In this document: positions 46,200 to 53,602 of the stretch, piece after piece | Numbering within the stretch: position 1 is the stretch's first letter | Layout: every line of letters starts with the position of its first letter | DNA from: an uncultured Candidatus Peribacteria bacterium | GTDB lineage: Bacteria > Patescibacteriota > Gracilibacteria > Peribacterales > Peribacteraceae | Length of the DNA: 64,000 nucleotides | NCBI GenBank assembly: GCA_964628805.1 | Contig: CAZVOK010000004.1 | Span: forward strand, 20,163-84,162 | Direction: 5' to 3' | The notes under the pieces: generated by a model | The model's input: only the letters and a program-made list of their open reading frames with translations | Database searches by the model: none | What the model was told of the DNA's origin: nothing | Position numbers and translations under genes: made by a program

Positions 46200-46655
46200 A
46201 TGAAACTTTTTTCTTCCACGAGGAACGTTCGTAGCGGTTTCACGCTCATCGAACTGCTCCTTGTTATCGGTATCATCGCCATCTTGGCGTCCATCGTCAT
46301 TGTGGCTATCAACCCAACCAAGCAGTTGGGAAGCGCACGCAACGCTCAGCGCTCTAGCGACGTGAATACAGTCGTGAATGCTGTGTATCAGTACGCTATC
46401 GACAAGAACAACTTGCCTTCTACCATTACAACCACCGTCACTCCTATCTGTAAGACGGCTACTATTCCTACGGCTGCAGAATGTGTGAACCTCCGCATGT
46501 TGTCTGGTACATACATTGTAAGCATGCCTGTGGATCCAAGCGTTGCCACGGCATCTGGTTGGACTGGTTACACAATTGTGAAAGATTCCAACAACCGCAT
46601 CACGGTAAATGCATATAAGGCAGAGCAGAGTGCAAGCATCTCTGTAACCCGCTAA
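46200..46655 (+). CDS. pilA: type IV pilin, probable major subunit
   Basis: Canonical RSG|FTLIELLLVIGIIAILASIV signal, 151 aa, followed by a strong terminator. Confidence 0.85.
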   Translation: MKLFSSTRNVRSGFTLIELLLVIGIIAILASIVIVAINPTKQLGSARNAQRSSDVNTVVNAVYQYAIDKNNLPSTITTTVTPICKTATIPTAAECVNLRMLSGTYIVSMPVDPSVATASGWTGYTIVKDSNNRITVNAYKAEQSASISVTR

Positions 46656-46679
46656 AAAACAGCCTTTCTGGCCATAAAA

Positions 46680-46706
46680 CCCCTCCCCTCCCGGAGGGGT
46701 TTTCTT
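46680..46706 (+). terminator. intrinsic terminator after the major pilin gene
   Basis: CCCCTCC-CCTCCC-GGAGGGG followed by TTTTCTT. Confidence 0.75.
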
Positions 46707-46750
46707 GTAAGAGAAGCGGTTTTTTGCTATAATATCTGGAAATACACATC

Positions 46751-49006
46751 ATGTTCCGTTTGCTCAAAATCCTGGGCCGTTCACGCACTCTTGCTTCTGA
46801 AGACGGAGGAAAGCCGCGTATTCAGCGGTCTATTTTGCATCGTGTAGTAACGCAGTCGCTTTTGGTATCTGCCTTTACCATCGTCCTGCTTTCTACGCTG
46901 TCTTTCATCATTGCTCGTTCACTTACTACACAGCAGCAAGTGTTTGAGCAGCTGTCTACAGTAGCTTCCGATAAAAAGGATTACTTGGAAGGACGAGTGC
47001 AGGAATACCGCGAACAGACTGCTTTCTTGGCTAAAGAGGATCGCGTTCTGGAATTATTTTCTAGATCCAATGGATCACTCGCTCCTCTCTTTATAGAGTT
47101 GCAGCGCGAACAATCTGTAACGGGCATTACGCTCTACCGTGCTGATAAAACGTTGGTATCTGTACAAGGTGAACAGAGCCCTGCTTTTTATGTACAGGGA
47201 GATGAAACAAATGTCATTCCAACCGTGGATCGCAAACTGGGTTTCACGTCTCTCATTGTGTATGCGCCAGTTCGTACGGTAGAAGGACAACTCATTGGAT
47301 TCTTGGCAGTGAAGTACGATACTACTCTCCTCCTTCGCTCTCTTTTTGCAGACATCACATCTGCCTTGGGAAAAACGGCTGACATCACGCTTGCACGTTT
47401 GCAGGGAAATGAGATCTTCGTGGTACATCACTCCAGAAATGAACCTCTGCGTTCGTATCCTGTGGGAACACTAGAGCAGCAGTACGTGGAAAATACTCCT
47501 CTGGCACTTGCCGTGCAGGGACTGGAAGGAGTGAAGAGCGCTCGGGATGAGAAAGGAAAAGACGTTGTCGTATCGTATCGTTTTCTGCCGTCACTCGGAT
47601 GGGGAATGGTGGTGAAAGTGGAATCTGAGGAAGCTTTTGCACGCATCGCACAATTGGCCATGGCTTTAGGCGCTATCAGTATAGTGCTCTTGGCGCTGTC
47701 CGGTCTCTTTGGTTTTATGTTCGCACGCAATCTCACAGGTCCGCTTTTGCAACTCAGTGAAAATATTCGCGTGCTGAAGCCCGGTCATTGGAATTTTTCC
47801 CGAAGCATTCACACTGGTGACGAAGTGGAACTTTTGGATCAGGTGATTTCCGATTTGGCATCCAGGCTGAAATCCACCTACGATCACCTGGAAGAACAGG
47901 TCACAGAACGTACAACGGAACTGAAAAAGCAGTACACCTTTGACCGCGCTATTTTGGAAGGCATTCAGCATGGAGTGTTGGCGGTGGATGCACAGGGAAA
48001 TGTGACCAATGTGAATACCGCTGCTTTGAGAGTACTCGATGCCACAATGTCTGAATGCGTGGGAAAAAACATTGTGTCTGCATTACCTCTGCATCATCAG
48101 CGCGTGGAATACTCTACAGAGAATCACCCGGTAATTCAGTGTTTGAAGGATCGTAAGGTCTTTAGGGTATCGCCTACCATGCACATGAGTATTGTGCGTA
48201 AGGATCAGACCCTGCTTCCTGTGATGCTCGTTGTGTCTCCTTTGGAGCAGGAAGGAGAACTTATCGGCGCTATCGCCATCTTCTTGGACGTCACAGAGGA
48301 ACGTCAGACGGATTACATGAAATCGGAATTCATTTCGCTCGCGAGCCATCAGCTTCGTACACCGCTTTCTTCCATGCGCTGGTACCTGGAGCTGCTCACA
48401 GATGACAAGGATCATCCTTTGGGCAAGGATCAGCTGGATTACGTGAAAGAGATTGGCGAGGCGTCTTCCCGCATGGCGAACTTGCTGGATACGCTGCTTC
48501 GCGTGGCTCACTTGGATGATAAGGGAATGTCCATCGAGCGTCGTGAAGTGAATGTGGTGGAAGTGATTACGCGTACTACGGAAGAACTCCAGTCCGCTGC
48601 CAAAGATGAGCAGATCTCTCTGCGTATGAACATGCCGTCTGCACCGCTAGTGGTGTCTACGGATCCAGTTCTCCTTTCCATTGTCATCCAAAACCTCATT
48701 GGAAATGCCATCAAGTATTCCCCTAAGGGAAAGTCTGAATCCATCGAGATTTCTTTGGAGGCTCAGGATTCTCACATCGAACTTCGCGTGAAGGATAGAG
48801 GCATGGGTATCCCGGAGAGCGAGAAAGCGCGCGTCTTCACCAAGTTCTTCCGCGCCAAGAATATTCGCTCTTTATCTGTAGATGGTTCCGGTCTTGGTTT
48901 GTATTTGACCAAGCGCATTGTGGAGAACCTTGGTGGAAAGATCTCATTTGAAAGTACGGAAGGAAAAGGAACGACGTTCAGTGTTATTCTGCCCAAGGAT
49001 CTCTAG
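46751..49006 (+). CDS. sensor histidine kinase (extracytoplasmic Cache-like domain, HAMP, PAS, HisKA, HATPase_c)
   Basis: Two TM segments flank a ~270-aa periplasm-like domain. H-box SHQLRTPL and the N/G boxes NLIGNAIKY, DRGMGI and GSGLGL are present. Confidence 0.88.
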   Translation: MFRLLKILGRSRTLASEDGGKPRIQRSILHRVVTQSLLVSAFTIVLLSTLSFIIARSLTTQQQVFEQLSTVASDKKDYLEGRVQEYREQTAFLAKEDRVLELFSRSNGSLAPLFIELQREQSVTGITLYRADKTLVSVQGEQSPAFYVQGDETNVIPTVDRKLGFTSLIVYAPVRTVEGQLIGFLAVKYDTTLLLRSLFADITSALGKTADITLARLQGNEIFVVHHSRNEPLRSYPVGTLEQQYVENTPLALAVQGLEGVKSARDEKGKDVVVSYRFLPSLGWGMVVKVESEEAFARIAQLAMALGAISIVLLALSGLFGFMFARNLTGPLLQLSENIRVLKPGHWNFSRSIHTGDEVELLDQVISDLASRLKSTYDHLEEQVTERTTELKKQYTFDRAILEGIQHGVLAVDAQGNVTNVNTAALRVLDATMSECVGKNIVSALPLHHQRVEYSTENHPVIQCLKDRKVFRVSPTMHMSIVRKDQTLLPVMLVVSPLEQEGELIGAIAIFLDVTEERQTDYMKSEFISLASHQLRTPLSSMRWYLELLTDDKDHPLGKDQLDYVKEIGEASSRMANLLDTLLRVAHLDDKGMSIERREVNVVEVITRTTEELQSAAKDEQISLRMNMPSAPLVVSTDPVLLSIVIQNLIGNAIKYSPKGKSESIEISLEAQDSHIELRVKDRGMGIPESEKARVFTKFFRAKNIRSLSVDGSGLGLYLTKRIVENLGGKISFESTEGKGTTFSVILPKDL

Positions 49007-49027
49007 GGTTTTCGCAGTTAAGAAGAA

Positions 49028-49124
49028 AGTTCCAAGTTCCAAGTGCGAAGTTCCAAGTATAGTGCTTCTTTTTTTAAAGAAGAATTCCTTCGTTGGAACT
49101 TAGAACTTAGAACTTCGAACTTAA
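49028..49124. repeat. heptad-word hairpin element (AAGTTCC words)
   Basis: The left array 49028-49060 and right array 49091-49124 are complementary at about 26 of 31 positions. Confidence 0.7.
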
Positions 49125-49147
49125 AAAAGCGCCATAAGCGCTTTTTT
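49123..49147. terminator. bidirectional intrinsic terminator between the kinase gene and rnpB
   Basis: AAAAAAGCGC-CATAA-GCGCTTTTTT. Confidence 0.75.
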
Positions 49148-49150
49148 AGT

Positions 49151-49626
49151 CTGCTCCTCTGTACGCCGGATTCTGTCCTCTCCTCTCCTTGCGGAGATTC
49201 GAGTGGCAACCATCTCTCTGGGATAGTAGTTACCTACTACCTAAGACCGTGAGGTCATGCGGAGGGGTAGAGGGAGCAATGAAACCATTGCTGATTCCTT
49301 CCACCCAAATCCTCCTTGCACCGCCATAAGTTTGCCCTCCTTCGCTCCTTGCTTGCTTCGCTCGCAATGAGCTACGGAGGGCAGGCCTCCCTTAGCTCTT
49401 TGAGTGGAAGAAAGTAAGGAACGAAGGACCCGGTTCCCGGGCGTTTCAGCTCCACCTTCCTTTGGTCCCCTTGCGGAGATGAAGTCGTGCGGAGATCGTC
49501 TCTGTGGCACTGGTTCTACCGAGCCTTTCAAATATATGACCCGGTGACGGGCGTTACCCGCATGGCGTTCCTAAGGTGTCCGGACGTTCCTCCCACGCTA
49601 AGCGGGGGCGGTTGCCCAAGGAGCAG
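49151..49626 (-). ncRNA. rnpB: RNase P RNA (bacterial type A-like, about 476 nt, with extra insertions)
   Basis: On the minus strand: 5' P1 CTGCTCC pairs with 3' GGAGCAG. P4 strands are GGAGGAACGTCCGGAC and ACAGAATCCGGCGTA. GGGTAACGCCC and GTGCCACAGAGA are also present. Confidence 0.85.
49335..49385. repeat. copy a of the bipartite motif, embedded in rnpB
   Basis: CCCTCC TTCGCTC ... GAGCTAC GGAGGG CAGG (plus-strand reading). Confidence 0.5.
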
Positions 49627-49632
49627 ATCTGT

Positions 49633-49661
49633 ATTATCCCATTTTTCTCCTTTTTACACAA
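49633..49661 (-). promoter_or_regulatory. sigma70-like promoter for rnpB
   Basis: On the minus strand: TTGTGT, 17 nt, GATAAT, then 6 nt to the predicted 5' end of the RNA. Confidence 0.5.
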
Positions 49662-49740
49662 TAATGTCATGGACTTTTATAGGGGGGAATCGTTAGGATA
49701 CCTCGGCCGATAGTCTAGTGACTCACCGGTCGCCTTAGCT

Positions 49741-49772
49741 CCCGCCTTCGCTTGCGAGCTACGGTGGGCAGG
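49741..49772. repeat. copy b of the bipartite motif (minimal version)
   Basis: CCCGCC TTCGCT TGC GAGCTAC GGTGGG CAGG. Confidence 0.5.
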
Positions 49773-49815
49773 AGTGGTCACAATCGCTCGCTCAATCCTT
49801 CATTTTCAATCTAAA

Positions 49816-49890
49816 GCCGCCTTAGCTCAGTGGTAGAGCAACTCACTTGTAATGAGTAGGTCCGGGGTTCGAATCCCCGAGGCGGCTCCA
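49816..49890 (+). tRNA. tRNA-Thr (anticodon UGU), CCA encoded
   Basis: Acceptor GCCGCCT/AGGCGGC, D-arm TAGCTCAGTGGTAGAGC, anticodon loop CTTGTAA, T-loop GGTTCGAATCC. Confidence 0.92.
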
Positions 49891-49982
49891 GCCTTCGCTC
49901 CTGTGGAAGTACGCGCTTTTGTATGCTTGGTGTACTTTTTCCTCGTGTCAGGGAGGAGCTACGGCTGGCAGGCCAGAAGGGC
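49888..49982. repeat. copy c of the bipartite motif, starting in the CCA end of tRNA-Thr
   Basis: CCAGCC TTCGCTC ...66 nt... GAGCTAC GGCTGG CAGG. Confidence 0.5.
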
Positions 49983-50060
49983 GAAGATGGGCATATCTTT
50001 CCACAAAACATTCCCTCCAATTTTGATTGCCCGCGAGTGATGCAATACCGTCATGCATTT

Positions 50061-50093
50061 AAAAAACCGTCCCGCTTAGCGGGACGGTTTTTT
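50061..50093. terminator. bidirectional intrinsic terminator
   Basis: AAAAAACCGTCCCGC-TTA-GCGGGACGGTTTTTT. Confidence 0.8.
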
Positions 50094-50105
50094 AGAGAGT
50101 TGTTC

Positions 50106-50795
50106 TTATTTAATGAGTGCCTGCCACGTCTGGGATGGCTTATTGGTTCTATCGGTCTTCAGGCGGAAGACGATCTCTGCCAGCTCACCGCGGGTGATGG
50201 CGCGGTCTAGCCTTTGGATGGACGTTGGAAGCGCCTTTCTACCGGCAAGTTCCTGGATGTAGCCGGTGTACCACTTTTCGTCTGCACCTCCTTCATCACG
50301 GATCTGGATTTGGAAGACGGTGGCCACAATCTTTGCTGCTTCTGCCACACTCACCGTGCGGTTTGGCTTGAACATTCCATCCGGGTAGCCGTGAACGATG
50401 CCCATCTCTTTGGCGAAGCAGATCTCATCTGCGTACCACATGTTTGCTTTTACATCGGGGAAGAGCAGTGCGGCATTTTGTTCCTGTGAAATGTTTGTGC
50501 AGTCGTTCACGCGCTGGCCTGTGAGGAAGAGCGGATTGGTCATGAGTACCACAGTCTCTGCACGGGTGATGGGGGCATTGGGTCGGAACGTGCCATCGGG
50601 GTACCCCTTCAGCACATTGTATTCGCGGAAATATTCTACGGATTCAAAGTATGCATTGGTCTTCACAGAGACATCCGTGAACGGTTCCTGGCGAAATGTT
50701 TCATCGGGAGCCGTGGCAGCAAACGATGCTGAAGCCGGCAGCAGGGTAAAAGATAAAAGGGCGACAGAGAGACCCTTACGAGCGAGGTTTTTCAT
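50106..50795 (-). CDS. secreted protein with S-layer homology (SLH) repeats
   Basis: Signal peptide MKNLARKGLSVALLSFTLLPASASFA plus three SLH-like units (FTDVS..., FPDVKANMWYADEICFAKEMGIVHGYPDG, ITRGELAEIV). Confidence 0.8.
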   Translation of the reverse strand: MKNLARKGLSVALLSFTLLPASASFAATAPDETFRQEPFTDVSVKTNAYFESVEYFREYNVLKGYPDGTFRPNAPITRAETVVLMTNPLFLTGQRVNDCTNISQEQNAALLFPDVKANMWYADEICFAKEMGIVHGYPDGMFKPNRTVSVAEAAKIVATVFQIQIRDEGGADEKWYTGYIQELAGRKALPTSIQRLDRAITRGELAEIVFRLKTDRTNKPSQTWQALIK

Positions 50796-50915
50796 AGAAT
50801 GGAAGAGGGAAAGGGTAATGATTCTCTTATAAGATGCATTTCCTGCGCACATCTTACAGGATTAAGAAGACGCAGAATGGAGCGAAATATGACAGAAACG
50901 GTTAAATCGACTCTG

Positions 50916-51623
50916 TTACAGTAAAATCTGCTGAGCATTGGAGGTGACAGGGAGGCCTTTTCCTGTCTCCCGCACTGCATTTACATGGTTGTGCGCAAGC
51001 CTTGTGGGCTCCGGTAGGCGGTATCCCCTGGCGCATTCCAGAGTGAGTGCTCTGCAATCATCGAGTGTCATACGATTCCCTACAGAGACGTACACCGGCT
51101 TCACGCCATCTTTGGTACGGATAATTTTTCCGATGAGTTCGTTTTTGTGAAGAAGATCTGTTACCTGTCCTTTTTGCATACCTGGCTCCGGGCCGGTTCC
51201 TACCAGAATACTTTTCGCCACTCCCAGTGCAGGCTTATTGATGAGTACTCCAATGTGCGCCGCAATCCCGAGCCTCCGCGGATGTGCTCTGCCTTGTCCA
51301 TCCGCCATGAACACATCCGGCTCCACAGTTAATTTTTCAATCGCTTTCAGGAGCGCCGGTGCTTCGCGAAAAGAAAGAAATCCCGGGATGTAGGGCACAT
51401 CTGTTTCTTCTTGGACAAATGATGTATCAACTATCTCTCCCGTGCGCCTGTTCCACACGATGATGCCTGCAGTGAGAAGCGGGGAAAATTTGCTGGAAGA
51501 CACATCGAGCCCGGCAATGAGGATGGATGCTTTCCAGTCGAAGGGAACTTCCTGAATGCTTGCCGCCAGCTTGGTTTGGAGAGCTTGGGCTTCTTGGAGA
51601 TTTGTCACATCAAAAGCGTGCAT
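50916..51623 (-). CDS. nfi: endonuclease V
   Basis: IAGLDVS...YIPGFLSFREAP...DGQGRAHPRRLGIAAHIGV...GVAKS motifs are present. Confidence 0.9.
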   Translation of the reverse strand: MHAFDVTNLQEAQALQTKLAASIQEVPFDWKASILIAGLDVSSSKFSPLLTAGIIVWNRRTGEIVDTSFVQEETDVPYIPGFLSFREAPALLKAIEKLTVEPDVFMADGQGRAHPRRLGIAAHIGVLINKPALGVAKSILVGTGPEPGMQKGQVTDLLHKNELIGKIIRTKDGVKPVYVSVGNRMTLDDCRALTLECARGYRLPEPTRLAHNHVNAVRETGKGLPVTSNAQQILL

Positions 51624-51657
51624 GCTTGTAGGACGTGGAGAGAGCAGGGGTCTTTCT

Positions 51658-51752
51658 GGGTAAGGTAGGTACAGTACGTAAGGTATGTACGGTAGGGAAA
51701 ATCAAAATTTTCATCCCTACCTTACCTACTGTACCCACCTTACGTACCTTAC
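51658..51752. repeat. word hairpin element (GTAAGGTA/GTACGGTA words) in a divergent intergenic region
   Basis: Arrays of permuted words sit on both arms. GGTAGGGA at 51690-51697 pairs with TCCCTACC at 51713-51720, and the arm ends are complementary. Confidence 0.6.
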
Positions 51753-51804
51753 TTTTCCGCAAACGGATAATGTCTAAAGCACCACTCTGTAGTACAATCT
51801 CCTC

Positions 51805-53205
51805 ATGAAGAAGTCCGAAGTCCTCTTTGGGATTGCGCGTGTGCCTTTGGACGGCCTGGCTGTAGGCGTGGCATTACTGCTTGCCTACAGGCTTCGTGAA
51901 GCAGGGGTCGATTTGCTCCCGGGAGTTCAGCTCCTGGAAACAGCCACTACCCTGCCGCCGCTTCCGTACTACTTGGCAACCATGATTTTGCCGGGGATCG
52001 CACTGTTTTTGGTGCTTGCTGCTTGTGTGAAGCTCTATGCCCTGCGTGCCACGCTCAGTTTGTGGATTGAGGTGGGGCGTATCGTCATCGTGACAGGGCT
52101 GTGGCTTGTGTGTGTGATTGCGTGGTATTTCTTGGTACTGAAAGAACTCTTCTTCTCCCGCGCGCTTCTGCTACATGCGCTGTTCTTCATGTTCTTTTTC
52201 AGCACGATGCTGCGGGTGTCACTGCGATTACTACAGAGGTCTCTCCTTCGTGCGGGAATCGGTCGCATGCTGGTGGTGTCCGTGGGTGTGCAGAAGCTTG
52301 TGGATCATGCGCGGAATATTGTGGAACACGACAGTCACTACGCGTACTTGGGACATCTAAAAAGTTTGAATGAGTTACGTGCGGTGGTTCAGAAAGAACA
52401 GAGGGTAGTGGACTTAGTAGTGCATACGGATCCCAATCCTCAAAGCGCCGATACGTTTGCGCTCATTGATTACTGCCGCAGTCATCACTTGGGCTACGCA
52501 TTCCTGCCTCCCGTGCTGGCCGATGTGCCGCATCAGTTAGCCGTGGAAAGGCTGGGGCTCCTTCCGCTGATCCGCTTTCAGCCGACTCCCTTGGATGGCT
52601 GGGGAAGAGTAGTGAAGCGACTATTCGATGTAGTCTGCAGTGCGATTCTGTTGGTGGTGCTATCTCCTCTTCTACTTCTGTGTGCCATCGGTGTGCTTTT
52701 GGATAGCGGATGGCCCGTACTGTATTTTTCTAATCGTGTGGGACAGGAAGGAAGAAAAACAGTGCGGCTCTGGAAGTTTCGTTCCATGATCAAGAATGCC
52801 GATGAAGAGAAGGTGAAATTGCAGAAACTGAATCATCGGAAAGACGGTCCGCTCTTTAAAGTAAAGAATGATCCGCGTGTGACACGCTTCGGACACGTTC
52901 TTCGTCGCTTCAGCTTGGATGAATTGCCACAGCTGTGGAACGTGCTCACAGGTCGATTGTCGCTAGTGGGGCCTCGTCCTCATTTACTGGAAGAAGTGGA
53001 ACTGTACTCTCCGGAGCAACGCAGAGTATTTGCCGTGAAGCCCGGAGCTACCGGGCTCGCACAGGTATCTGGGCGATCGGACCTGAGCTTTCAGGAAGAG
53101 GTGGCTCTGGATTTGCAATACATCGAGGAGTGGTCGATCTTCTTGGACTTATGGATTTTGTGGAGGACGCTGTTTGTGGTGATGGGGAGGAAGGGGGCGG
53201 ATTAG
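51805..53205 (+). CDS. polyprenyl-phosphate sugar phosphotransferase (WbaP/Bac_transf family initiating transferase)
   Basis: Four to five N-terminal TM segments are present. The C-terminal domain carries [15 protein letters not shown]...[11 protein letters not shown]...LVGPRP. Confidence 0.88.
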   Translation: MKKSEVLFGIARVPLDGLAVGVALLLAYRLREAGVDLLPGVQLLETATTLPPLPYYLATMILPGIALFLVLAACVKLYALRATLSLWIEVGRIVIVTGLWLVCVIAWYFLVLKELFFSRALLLHALFFMFFFSTMLRVSLRLLQRSLLRAGIGRMLVVSVGVQKLVDHARNIVEHDSHYAYLGHLKSLNELRAVVQKEQRVVDLVVHTDPNPQSADTFALIDYCRSHHLGYAFLPPVLADVPHQLAVERLGLLPLIRFQPTPLDGWGRVVKRLFDVVCSAILLVVLSPLLLLCAIGVLLDSGWPVLYFSNRVGQEGRKTVRLWKFRSMIKNADEEKVKLQKLNHRKDGPLFKVKNDPRVTRFGHVLRRFSLDELPQLWNVLTGRLSLVGPRPHLLEEVELYSPEQRRVFAVKPGATGLAQVSGRSDLSFQEEVALDLQYIEEWSIFLDLWILWRTLFVVMGRKGAD

Positions 53206-53338
53206 GGTTGGGGCTAGGGATTAGGGTTGGGAATTTAAGTGTTTTGAAAGGGCAGAATTTTGTTTTAAGAGAGTTGTAAATGTGGCATAATGTTGATGTC
53301 TCTGCTTAGCGCGGAGATACACCTTCTGGAGGAAAGCC

Positions 53339-53479
53339 GTGGAAGAGCTCAAGAGCTGGATGTGGTACCTGATCGCGTTTCTGGTTCTGTGGGTCGGGAT
53401 GCAAGTCGTGAACCCCTGTGGTCACAAGGCATTCCACCTGACCTGCAGCCCGCTTCTGAGTAAGTACCAGGGCAAGTAG
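53339..53479 (+). CDS. small (46 aa) hydrophobic protein, unknown function
   Basis: GGAGG lies 5 nt upstream of a GTG start. The product MEELKSWMWYLIAFLVLWVGMQVVNPCGHKAFHLTCSPLLSKYQGK has one TM. A GC-rich hairpin plus T-tract follows. Confidence 0.45.
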   Translation: MEELKSWMWYLIAFLVLWVGMQVVNPCGHKAFHLTCSPLLSKYQGK

Positions 53480-53602
53480 CCCGGAGGGTCGCCCCGCCGC
53501 GGCGGGGTCCTTTGTTTGTGTTTTGTCTTTTCCTCGTTTCACAAGGCCGCACCCACGAAGGGGTGCGGCTGTGGCTTGGGGTCGTTTTTTCTTTTTTGAA
53601 TT

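Noticed and set aside
49241-49531. 96-aa minus-strand ORF and neighbouring ORFs at 49.0-49.7 kb
   Set aside because: They lie inside the RNase P RNA gene, whose P1 and P4 elements are clearly identifiable.
53290-53480. SRP (4.5S/ffs) RNA, considered because of CAGGTCAGGTGGAA on the minus strand
   Set aside because: It lacks the conserved GGUCCGGAAGGAAGCAGC domain IV core. The region is better explained by a small SD-preceded ORF plus terminators.
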